From Burkholderiales bacterium (GTDB lineage: Bacteria; Pseudomonadota; Gammaproteobacteria; Burkholderiales; Ga0077523): 64,000 bases of DNA. How positions within the stretch are numbered: the stretch's first letter is position 1; each line of letters begins with the position of its first letter. The position numbers and the translations under genes were made by a program. Positions 19,889 to 27,208 of the stretch are shown here, one piece after another. Location: assembly GCA_022843925.1 (NCBI GenBank), contig JALHMS010000003.1, positions 58,440 through 122,439 on the forward strand. The letters are read 5' to 3'. The notes under the pieces are model-generated. The model ran no database searches. It was not told the DNA's origin and was given only the letters and a program-made list of their open reading frames with translations.

Positions 19889-20785
19889 ATGAAACTCCAG
19901 CTGCTGTCGGATCTGCACCTCGAGCAATCGCCCGATTTCGTCCCCGAGGCAGCACCCGGTGCCGATGTGCTCGTGCTGGCCGGCGACATCGGGTCCTATC
20001 AGCGCGACTCCCGGCTGCAGGACTCCGACTTCGGTCTCGCGCGCTTCTCGCCCCGCCCATCCGGTGCCCCTTGGAAGACCGTTCTCTACGTTCCGGGCAA
20101 TCACGAGTACGACGATCTGGACTTCGACGAGACCCACGCCCGTCTTCGCACCACCTGCGAGCGCCTCGGCATCACGTGGCTCGAACAGCAGGTCGTCGTC
20201 CTCGAAGGCGTGCGTTTCGTCGGCGCGACGCTCTGGGCCGACTTCGACGCCATCGCCCGCCATCCCCCGTCGCCCACCGTGCTCGCCCGGCATGGCACCG
20301 GAGAGACGCAGCTCACATGGCAGATGCGGCAGCGCGAGAAAGCCTTCCGGGCGGCGAATTTCTACCTGGCGACGAACACCACCCATCGCGCCGGTCGCCC
20401 CTTGCTCGCAGAGGACATGCGTGAGCTTTCCCTCGCCAGCCAGGGGTGGTTGCGCGAGGCGCTGGCGACCCCCTTCGACGGCATCACCGTGGCCGTCACG
20501 CATTTCGCGCCGACGCTGCGCAGCCACGACCCGCGCTACGGCGTCACGCCGGGCACGGCGGGGTTCTGCAATGCACTGGACGAGTTGATGCCCTACGCCG
20601 ATCTCTGGTTGCATGGCCATCTCCATTGCGCCCACGACTACATCGTCGAAGGGGTCCATGAAGGCGCCCCCTTCCGTTGTCGCGTCGTCGCGAACCCGCT
20701 CGGCTACGGAGACAAGGGCGAGCAGGTCGCGTTCGATGCTCGCAAGGTGATCACCCTGACGTGCTCCGGAGCCGTGCCGGGCTGA
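19889..20785 (+). CDS. Metallophosphoesterase (calcineurin-like)
   Basis: The track ORF starts at 19727; the internal ATG at 19889 gives MKLQLLSDLHLE. The motifs DxH (SDLH), GD (LAGDIG), GNHE (PGNHEY) and GH (LHGHLH) are all present. Confidence 0.85.
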   Translation: MKLQLLSDLHLEQSPDFVPEAAPGADVLVLAGDIGSYQRDSRLQDSDFGLARFSPRPSGAPWKTVLYVPGNHEYDDLDFDETHARLRTTCERLGITWLEQQVVVLEGVRFVGATLWADFDAIARHPPSPTVLARHGTGETQLTWQMRQREKAFRAANFYLATNTTHRAGRPLLAEDMRELSLASQGWLREALATPFDGITVAVTHFAPTLRSHDPRYGVTPGTAGFCNALDELMPYADLWLHGHLHCAHDYIVEGVHEGAPFRCRVVANPLGYGDKGEQVAFDARKVITLTCSGAVPG

Positions 20786-20855
20786 TCCTCACCGGGTCGG
20801 CGCGACCACCTGTGAGTTCCGCCCACCCGACAGCCGTGGCCCGGATGGAGACGCA

Positions 20856-21905
20856 TCAAGCCCCGGCGCCGCCCGCAGCAACGAACGCTTCCGAGTAGAC
20901 GCGTTCAGGGCGAAGACCGCTCGTTGCCGCGATCGTCCGCACAGCGTGGATCATCCCCGGCGGTCCGCACACGTAGACGTCGGTGGCGTCGGGCAGCGCG
21001 TTTTGCAACGCCCGCGCCAGCGGGAGATCGGTGACGAGGCCCTGCGTCCCGATCCATGCGGCATCGGCCTCCTGCATCGCCAGGTGCAGCGCGTGATCCG
21101 GAAAACGTGACAGCAACGTCCGGAGTTCGTCGAGCCCGTAGAGATCCTCGCGCGTCGTCACGCCATGGAAGAGCGTCACCGGATCTGCCGTGTCGCCCTG
21201 CGCCACGAGCTCCCGCAGCATCGACATGATCGGGGCGAGGCCCGTACCGCCGGTCACGAAGATCCGGTGCGCAGGTCGCCGTCGGAGATGGAAGGCACCG
21301 AGCGGTCCGCGCACGTCGACGAGATCACCGGCCTTCGCGCGATGCGCCACGTAGTCGCTCATCACGCCGCCGGGCACGAGCCGGATGTGCAGTTCCACCT
21401 CGCCCGGCGTGGATGCGGCGTTGGCGAGCGAATAGCTCCGGCGGCTGTCGGTCCCCGGTATCACGACCTCGAGGTACTGGCCCGCCGTGAAGGCGAGCTT
21501 GAAACGTCCGCGGATCGCGCCACGCAGCACGACGACGCGGCCGGCGACGGGAACGATCTCCAGGACCTCGAGCACCATCTTGCGCACCGGGCGCACCGCC
21601 GCCCTCGGGTAGTCGAAGGTGATCTCGACCCCGTCCGCCCCCGGCTCGGCGATGCAGCAGAGCACCTCGTCCGGGGCGAGCGGGGCGAGACTCAGAAGGC
21701 GGTCGTGGCGGGCAGCGTAGACGACAGCGCCACGGTTCACGCGGCCTCGGCACGATTGGCACGTGCCCTCGCGACAGTCCGCCAGCGGTGCGCCGCCGGC
21801 GCGCTCCGCAGCCCCGAGCAGCGTCTCGCCCGGCATGGCAGGGACCTCGAACGCTTCGCCGTCACCGAACACGAAGCGACAGTTCACGCGGCCGCCCCCG
21901 CCCAC
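20856..21905 (-). CDS. Oxygenase reductase component: N-terminal plant-type 2Fe-2S ferredoxin fused to an FNR-like FAD/NAD(P)-binding domain
   Basis: 349-aa ORF with a GTG start abutting the SDR stop. It has the Cys motif CREGTCQSC (C-x4-C-x2-C) plus a later CC, RRSYSLAN (FAD RxYS motif) and FVTGGTGLAP (NAD-binding GGxG). Confidence 0.85.
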   Translation of the reverse strand: MGGGGRVNCRFVFGDGEAFEVPAMPGETLLGAAERAGGAPLADCREGTCQSCRGRVNRGAVVYAARHDRLLSLAPLAPDEVLCCIAEPGADGVEITFDYPRAAVRPVRKMVLEVLEIVPVAGRVVVLRGAIRGRFKLAFTAGQYLEVVIPGTDSRRSYSLANAASTPGEVELHIRLVPGGVMSDYVAHRAKAGDLVDVRGPLGAFHLRRRPAHRIFVTGGTGLAPIMSMLRELVAQGDTADPVTLFHGVTTREDLYGLDELRTLLSRFPDHALHLAMQEADAAWIGTQGLVTDLPLARALQNALPDATDVYVCGPPGMIHAVRTIAATSGLRPERVYSEAFVAAGGAGA

Positions 21906-22670
21906 CTAAAGCGCACTCGTGTAACCGCCGTCCACGTACAGGATCTGCCCGGTCACGTAGGCGGCGGCGTCGCTCGACAGGAAGGCCACCGCGCCGAGCA
22001 GATCGTCCAGTTCGCCGAAGCGGCCGGCCGGGATGCGCGGCAGCATCGCGCGCTGCCAGTCCGGATTCTCGTAGAAGACCTCGGTCATGGCCGTGCGGAA
22101 GTACCCCGGACCGATGGCGTTCACGCGGATGCCGAGCGCTGCCCATTCGGTGGCGAGCCCGCGCGTGAGTCCGAGGAGACCGTGCTTGCTCGACGTGTAC
22201 GGCACGGCGGTGGCGATGCCCACGGTCGATGCGAGGGAGCAGTTGTTGACGATCGCGCCGCCCTGCCCCGCCATGACGCGGGCCGCGGCCTGCGCCGCGA
22301 AGAACGGACCCTTCAGGTTCGTGTCGACGATGCGATCCCAGAGGGCCTCGGTCACGTCGGCCGACGGGCAGACCTGCTCCACGCCGGCGTTGTTGACGAG
22401 GACATCGAGACCGCCGAGCTGTTCGGCTGCGCGCTCGACGGCGCGCTGCACGGAGGCCACGTCGAGCATGTCCATCGGGACCATCGGCATATGGGCGTCG
22501 GCCGCGGAGGCCGTCTCCGCGAGTGCGGCCATGTCGCGCGCAGCGATGGCAACGCGGGCACCCGAGGCGGCGAGTCCGATGGCGAGCGCGCGTCCGATGC
22601 CACGGCTCGCGCCGGTGACGAGAATGCGTCGCCCGTCCAGCGGGATCCGCGTCCCCGGGCCGGTCTTCAA
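21906..22670 (-). CDS. Short-chain dehydrogenase/reductase (SDR)
   Basis: The track ORF runs to 23009 but overlaps the upstream oxygenase. The in-frame TTG at 22670 overlaps that gene's stop (TTGA) and gives 254 aa. TGASRGIG (TGxxxGxG), NNAG and YTSSK (YxxxK) are present. Confidence 0.85.
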   Translation of the reverse strand: MKTGPGTRIPLDGRRILVTGASRGIGRALAIGLAASGARVAIAARDMAALAETASAADAHMPMVPMDMLDVASVQRAVERAAEQLGGLDVLVNNAGVEQVCPSADVTEALWDRIVDTNLKGPFFAAQAAARVMAGQGGAIVNNCSLASTVGIATAVPYTSSKHGLLGLTRGLATEWAALGIRVNAIGPGYFRTAMTEVFYENPDWQRAMLPRIPAGRFGELDDLLGAVAFLSSDAAAYVTGQILYVDGGYTSAL

Positions 22671-23860
22671 CGGGCGGCCACCGCGCGTGCGACGAACTGG
22701 TTGAGCTGCCAGATCGCCTTCTCGAGATGGCTCAACCGGCCCGACTTCACCATCCCGGACTTCGCGCCGATCTGCTGCATCACATTGACGTCGATATCCT
22801 CGAGGTTGATCACGTCGAACGTCTTGTCCTGGATCGCCATGATCTTCGCGAAGTCGGGCAGCTGCTTCGTCTCGGGCTGGAGCATCTGGTACGAGCGCAG
22901 GCGTGTGCGGTCCGGTGCGATCGGCTCCACATGGAACCAGACCACGCGATCGGGGAACGTCGCGAGCAGGTGGCACGGGTAGACCAGATACAGTCCGAAG
23001 GCTTCGCACTCCTGCTGGTTCACGAGCGGGAATCGCGGCAGTCCCACGTCGAAGGCCTCGGGCACGGATTCCGGACGCCCCACGCCGAACCCGCAGGTCC
23101 AGGCCTCACGGGAGTCCTCCACGTAGCTCAGCTTGGCGGGGAAATCGGGTTCGAACGTGTCGGCGTGCGGACCGATGTGGTGGTAGCACTCCATGAACGT
23201 CTCCACCATGATCTTCCAGTTGAACCGGCAGTCGTACTCGAGCACCGACCCCACGACCAGGCGATCGAGCTGATAGTTGGCGAGCGCGGCCGACATCTCG
23301 GCGATGGCCGGTGCGAGCGGCGGCGCGTTGCCGTCGAGGTTCACGAACACGAAGCCGTCGACCACCTCGGCGCGGTACTCCGGCAGCGCGCAGGTGTCGC
23401 GATCGAAGTCGAGGGCCTCCTCCATCAGCGGCGCGCCGATCAGCCGCCCGTCCAGCGCGTACGACCACTTGTGGAACGGGCACACGAACGCGGCCGCATT
23501 GCCGTGGCCCGTGCACACCGGCGCCCATCGATGCCGACAGACGCGCGAGAGCGCACGGATGCGCTGGCCGTCGTTGACGATCACCATCAGCTCACCCAGC
23601 CAGTCGACCGACCGGAAGTCGCCGCGCGATGGAAGCTGGGAGACGTGCGCGACGCACATCCAGCCCGGCCGGAATGCCCCCGCCACCTCGCGCTGGAAGA
23701 ACGCCGCGCTCGTGTACGCACCGGGCGGCAGTGTCTCCGCGCGGTTGAGGGGAAGGGCCCCGATACGGGCCACTTCGCGCAACAGCGCATCGATGCCGAC
23801 GAGGGTCTCGGGATCTGTGACTACGGTGTCCATGAATGCCTCCTGCCCGGGTGTTGCCAT
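22667..23860 (-). CDS. Rieske non-heme iron oxygenase, alpha subunit (choline/carnitine/betaine-monooxygenase-like subgroup suspected)
   Basis: 397-aa ORF; an alternative ATG lies 9 codons in. It has the Rieske motif CRHRWAPV...CPFHKWSY and the mononuclear-iron motif NWKIMVETFMECYHHIGPH. No adjacent beta-subunit gene is present. Confidence 0.85.
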   Translation of the reverse strand: MATPGQEAFMDTVVTDPETLVGIDALLREVARIGALPLNRAETLPPGAYTSAAFFQREVAGAFRPGWMCVAHVSQLPSRGDFRSVDWLGELMVIVNDGQRIRALSRVCRHRWAPVCTGHGNAAAFVCPFHKWSYALDGRLIGAPLMEEALDFDRDTCALPEYRAEVVDGFVFVNLDGNAPPLAPAIAEMSAALANYQLDRLVVGSVLEYDCRFNWKIMVETFMECYHHIGPHADTFEPDFPAKLSYVEDSREAWTCGFGVGRPESVPEAFDVGLPRFPLVNQQECEAFGLYLVYPCHLLATFPDRVVWFHVEPIAPDRTRLRSYQMLQPETKQLPDFAKIMAIQDKTFDVINLEDIDVNVMQQIGAKSGMVKSGRLSHLEKAIWQLNQFVARAVAAR

Positions 23861-23879
23861 GCGGGTATGTCGTCGCGCG

Positions 23880-25241
23880 TCAGAAGTGAGTGAGATAGCG
23901 ATCGATTTCCCAGTCCGTCACGTGGCTCTGGTAGGAATCCCACTCGTTGCGCTTGAAGTCGCGATAGGCCGCGAACATGCGCGAGCCGAATACGGCCTTC
24001 GACAGCGGGTCGGCCTCGAACGCGTCGATGGCGTCGCCGAGCGTGCGCGGCAGGTACCGGATGCCCTTCTCCGCCAGCTCGGCATCGCTGTAGAGATACA
24101 TGTTCTCGGCGTGCGGCTCGCCGGGGTCGAGCCCCTCGCGGATGCCTTCGAGCCCTGCCGCCAGCATGAGCGCCGCGCCGAGATAGACGTTGCACGAGAT
24201 GTCGGCGGCGCGGCATTCCACGCGTCCACCCGCCAGCGGGATCCGCAGCATGTTCGTGCGGTTGTTGTTGCCGTAGCAGACGAACACCGGCGCCCACGTG
24301 AAGCCCGACATCGACCCGCGCCGGACGAGTCGCTTGTAGCTGTTGACCGTCGGTGCGATCACCGAACAGATGGCCGGCGCATGGCGCAGGATGCCCGCGA
24401 CGAACTGGTAACCCAGCTTCGAGATGCCGCAGCCCCGCGGGTCGGTCTCCGTCTCGAAGAGGTTGGCGCCGGTCTTCGCGTCGGCGAGCGACATGTTGAA
24501 GTGGGCTCCGCTGCCGGTCCGGTTGCGGAACGGCTTCGGCATGAAGCTCGCCATCCAGCCGCGCTTCCGGGCGAGCTCACCGATCATCAATCGCAGGAAG
24601 GTGATGCGGTCCGCCATGGTGACGGCGTCGGCGTACATGAAGTCGATCTCGAACTGCCCGTTGGCGTCCTCGTGGTCGAACGAATAGACGTCCCAGCCGA
24701 GCGTGTTCATCGCCGTCACGACCTCGTCGACGAACGAGTAGCTGTCGAGCAGGCCCTTCACGTCGTAGCAGGGCTTCTCGAGGATGTCGCGCTCGCTCAC
24801 CGGAACGATCTTCCCGCCCTCGTCCTTCTTCAGGATGAAGAACTCCGGCTCGATACCCAGCATCATCCGGAGGCCCATGGCCTCCGCCTCGGCCTGCACC
24901 TTCTTGAGGATCCCGCGTGCGCAGGCGTCGAACGGCTTCCCGCCGAGGTACAGATCGCTCGGCGCCCAGGCCAGCTCGGGATTCCAGGGGCAGATCGCCA
25001 GCGCGTCGATGTCGGGGTGCGCCGAGACCTCCTCGTCGTTGACCTCCTGGGGCACGCCCTCCAGCGCGGCGCCGGTGAAGAGTTCGGACCCCTTCAGCAT
25101 CTGGTCGAAGTGCGTGAGCGGCACCGCCTTCGCCTTGCTGTTCCCGTGGAGGTCGACGAAGCTCGCGAGGACGTACTTCACGCCCGCCGCCGCCAGTTCC
25201 TTCACCTTGGGGTTCGTGCTGTCTTCGATGCGCGCGGTCAT
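23880..25241 (-). CDS. Glutamine-synthetase-family ligase (type III GS / GlnT / gamma-glutamyl-amine synthetase-like)
   Basis: The track ORF runs to 25514; the internal ATG at 25241 gives a 453-aa product starting MTARIEDSTNPKVKELAAAGVKYVLASFVDLHG. The GS catalytic region is present (GIEPEFF, FMPKPFRNRTGSGAHFNMSL, NSYKRL, RIP). Confidence 0.85.
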   Translation of the reverse strand: MTARIEDSTNPKVKELAAAGVKYVLASFVDLHGNSKAKAVPLTHFDQMLKGSELFTGAALEGVPQEVNDEEVSAHPDIDALAICPWNPELAWAPSDLYLGGKPFDACARGILKKVQAEAEAMGLRMMLGIEPEFFILKKDEGGKIVPVSERDILEKPCYDVKGLLDSYSFVDEVVTAMNTLGWDVYSFDHEDANGQFEIDFMYADAVTMADRITFLRLMIGELARKRGWMASFMPKPFRNRTGSGAHFNMSLADAKTGANLFETETDPRGCGISKLGYQFVAGILRHAPAICSVIAPTVNSYKRLVRRGSMSGFTWAPVFVCYGNNNRTNMLRIPLAGGRVECRAADISCNVYLGAALMLAAGLEGIREGLDPGEPHAENMYLYSDAELAEKGIRYLPRTLGDAIDAFEADPLSKAVFGSRMFAAYRDFKRNEWDSYQSHVTDWEIDRYLTHF

Positions 25242-25389
25242 GGGGTGGGTCCTGTCGGGTCCTGGAGGGTGGAGCGGATCGGGCAAGGTCGATGGGATGT
25301 CACGCGTGCGGCCGGTCAGGCATTCCGAAGGTCTTGCATGTCCGTGGTACCGGACGGCGCGGACGGCTCCGCCGCACGCGGTCACAAGC

Positions 25390-25405
25390 GCAAGCGCGGT
25401 GCCAC
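25390..25405 (-). promoter_or_regulatory. Sigma-54 (-24/-12) type promoter upstream of the GS-like gene
   Basis: The minus strand reads C-TGGCAC-CGCGC-TTGC-G, an exact match to the TGGCAC-N5-TTGC core. It lies about 150 nt upstream of the ATG at 25241, in a 306-bp intergenic region. Of the TGGCAC-containing sites I examined by eye, it is the only one with correct spacing outside a coding region. Confidence 0.6.
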
Positions 25406-25547
25406 GGGGCGGATTCGCCAACCGGCTGAATTCATGGGACGTTGCGGCAGGCCGTCGCCCGCATCTCGCACTTCGCATGGGCGAGCGTCCCGCGCACGCA
25501 CAACGGAAGTGCACCTGCTGCGCCTGCCTGCGACCCTCGCACGGTCA

Positions 25548-26948
25548 TCAGATGGACAGCAGCGACTCGACGTAGAAGTAGATGAAGTTCGAGCCGCCGT
25601 TCACGTTCCCCGGCGCCCGTGACTGCCCGAAGATCCCGGAGCGGTGCGATACACCGAAGCCGGCGTACGTGTCGGTCAGCGCCTTCACGCGCACGATGTC
25701 GCCGAGATTGCCGTCGACCGTGGGTTCGAGATGGTTGAGGAGCCGCGACGTGCCGCGATCGCGGCGCGCCTGATCGCGGACCTCCACGTAGGGGACCTGG
25801 ATCGCCAGGGAAAGCCCGGCGCCGAAGCCGACGCGGGTGCGGACGCGGTCGCCCCAGGGGAAACCGTGGTATTGCGCCTTCATATAGCCCTGCACGCTCC
25901 AACCGTCGCTCTGCAGGCCGTTCTCCTGGTGTCGCAGCGCGCCCACGAAGCCGACGAAGTCCAGCGGCCACCCGTTCACGTTCTCGAGGAACGGTCGTCC
26001 GATCTGGACGCCCGCGATGCTCGTGCCGTCCTCCGTGGCGGTCGAGGCGCAGCGCAGCGACATCGTGGTGATGAGATTGCAATCGGTGGAGCGACCGTAG
26101 AGCAGTCGCACGATCACCGCTTCGCGGGCCGGCCAGCGCGGAACCGTGGTGCCGAAATCGTAGGCGGCGCCGAGATGGCCGGACAGCAGCAGCCGTTGGC
26201 TCACGACCGGGCTCTCGCGAATCTCGCTGGAGAGATGCGTGAGACCCAGCCCCCCCAGAAGCTGCCATCCAGGGCTCAGGCGATAGCGCAGGTCGAGGCC
26301 GACCATCACGTCCAGCCCGCCGCCGGCCTGGTACTCCGGGCGGCCTGGGCGGACCTCGGTGGGGCGCACCCCGAAGTAGTAGTTGTTGAGGGCCGCGTTG
26401 CGGAAGGACAGCACCGCGTAGGGCAGCAACGAAAGGCGCTCGCCGTCGGCGTGCTGACGCAGACCCATCCGCAGTTCGGTGCCGTCGGACAACCCGGAGA
26501 CGTCGACCCGGATCTCGCCGAAGGCCTCGACGGTGCCGCGGCGTTGTCGCAACGCCATTCCGGCATCGACGCCCTGCTCGCGGATCGCCATGCCGGCCAG
26601 GGACGTCGGGACGGATTGCGCGGGCGTGCCCTCGAAGCGCTGCGAGAGGAAGAGGTCCACGTAGCAGTCGTCCAACACCGCGAACTTCAGACCCGCCCGG
26701 TACGAGTAGATGTACGCGTGGTCACTCTCGAACAGATAGAGCGGCATCAGATCGACGCGCGCATCGGCCCCCCGATACGGCGATTGCTCCGAGCGGACCA
26801 GGAGGCCCACGATGGCGCGCCCTTCCGAGGCGACGAGTCCGATGAGGGGATCGGGCGGCGCCGCGGCCGCGGTACCGGGAAAGAGCGCCCAAAGGCAGGT
26901 TAAACCCAACGAGACGAGGCTCCGCACCCGGGCCCTCCGTGACGACAT
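25548..26948 (-). CDS. Outer-membrane protein, apparent fusion of a MipA/OmpV-like domain and a PagL-like (acyloxyacyl hydrolase) domain
   Basis: The track ORF runs to 27308; the internal ATG at 26948 gives MSSRRARVRSLVSLGLTCLWALFPGTAAAAPP (signal peptide). The N-terminal half is MipA-like (SPYRGADARVDLMPLYLFE, NNYYFGV, SSEIRESPVV, AAYDFG). The C-terminal half ends GFGVSHRSGIFG...GGSNFIYFYVESLLSI, resembling the HxS active-site region of PagL. Confidence 0.7.
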   Translation of the reverse strand: MSSRRARVRSLVSLGLTCLWALFPGTAAAAPPDPLIGLVASEGRAIVGLLVRSEQSPYRGADARVDLMPLYLFESDHAYIYSYRAGLKFAVLDDCYVDLFLSQRFEGTPAQSVPTSLAGMAIREQGVDAGMALRQRRGTVEAFGEIRVDVSGLSDGTELRMGLRQHADGERLSLLPYAVLSFRNAALNNYYFGVRPTEVRPGRPEYQAGGGLDVMVGLDLRYRLSPGWQLLGGLGLTHLSSEIRESPVVSQRLLLSGHLGAAYDFGTTVPRWPAREAVIVRLLYGRSTDCNLITTMSLRCASTATEDGTSIAGVQIGRPFLENVNGWPLDFVGFVGALRHQENGLQSDGWSVQGYMKAQYHGFPWGDRVRTRVGFGAGLSLAIQVPYVEVRDQARRDRGTSRLLNHLEPTVDGNLGDIVRVKALTDTYAGFGVSHRSGIFGQSRAPGNVNGGSNFIYFYVESLLSI

Positions 26949-27016
26949 GCAACGAAGGCAGCCTGTGCCGGGCGGGGCTCGCGGTCTGTGCGGTCCCGCT
27001 CCGAAAGACCTCCGGG

Positions 27017-27208
27017 TCAGTCGTGCGCGGCGGGCGGCAGCGCTTCGGCAGCGTCGTCGATCAGCCGTCTCGCCGCCTGGCTGTCGTCGATGTGCGCGAT
27101 CGCGAGAAGCGCGAAGCGCGCGAGGAAGAGCGTCGCCGCCGGTTCGCCAAGCGTGGTCATCACCTGGCAGAGACGCGTGTAGATCGCGTCGAGCTCGCCA
27201 TCGGTCAC
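27017..27208 (-). CDS. DUF2783 domain protein
   Basis: These are the last 63 codons of track ORF 27017..28240. The GTG at 27208 overlaps the monooxygenase stop (GTGA). VTDGELDAIYTRLCQVMTTL...ARFALLAIAHIDD matches my memory of DUF2783, which usually follows MhpA-like monooxygenases. Confidence 0.6.
   Translation of the reverse strand: MTDGELDAIYTRLCQVMTTLGEPAATLFLARFALLAIAHIDDSQAARRLIDDAAEALPPAAHD

Noticed and set aside
18899-20659. 586-aa minus-strand ORF spanning SapC (different frame) and the metallophosphoesterase (antisense).
   Set aside because: It overlaps two genes with family-typical sequences in other frames or on the other strand, and it has no motif of its own.
25500-25530. TGCACC half-site (AGTGCACCTGCTGCGCC) upstream of the sigma-54 element, considered as an NtrC-type enhancer.
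   Set aside because: Only one half of the TGCACC-N5-GGTGCA palindrome is present. This is too weak to call without a position-weight-matrix scan.
23277-25622. 781-aa plus-strand ORF. Neighbouring ORFs 21165..22982 and 22727..23893 lie over the oxygenase operon.
   Set aside because: They are antisense to four genes with clear catalytic motifs. No domains are recognisable, and they also run through the intergenic promoter region.
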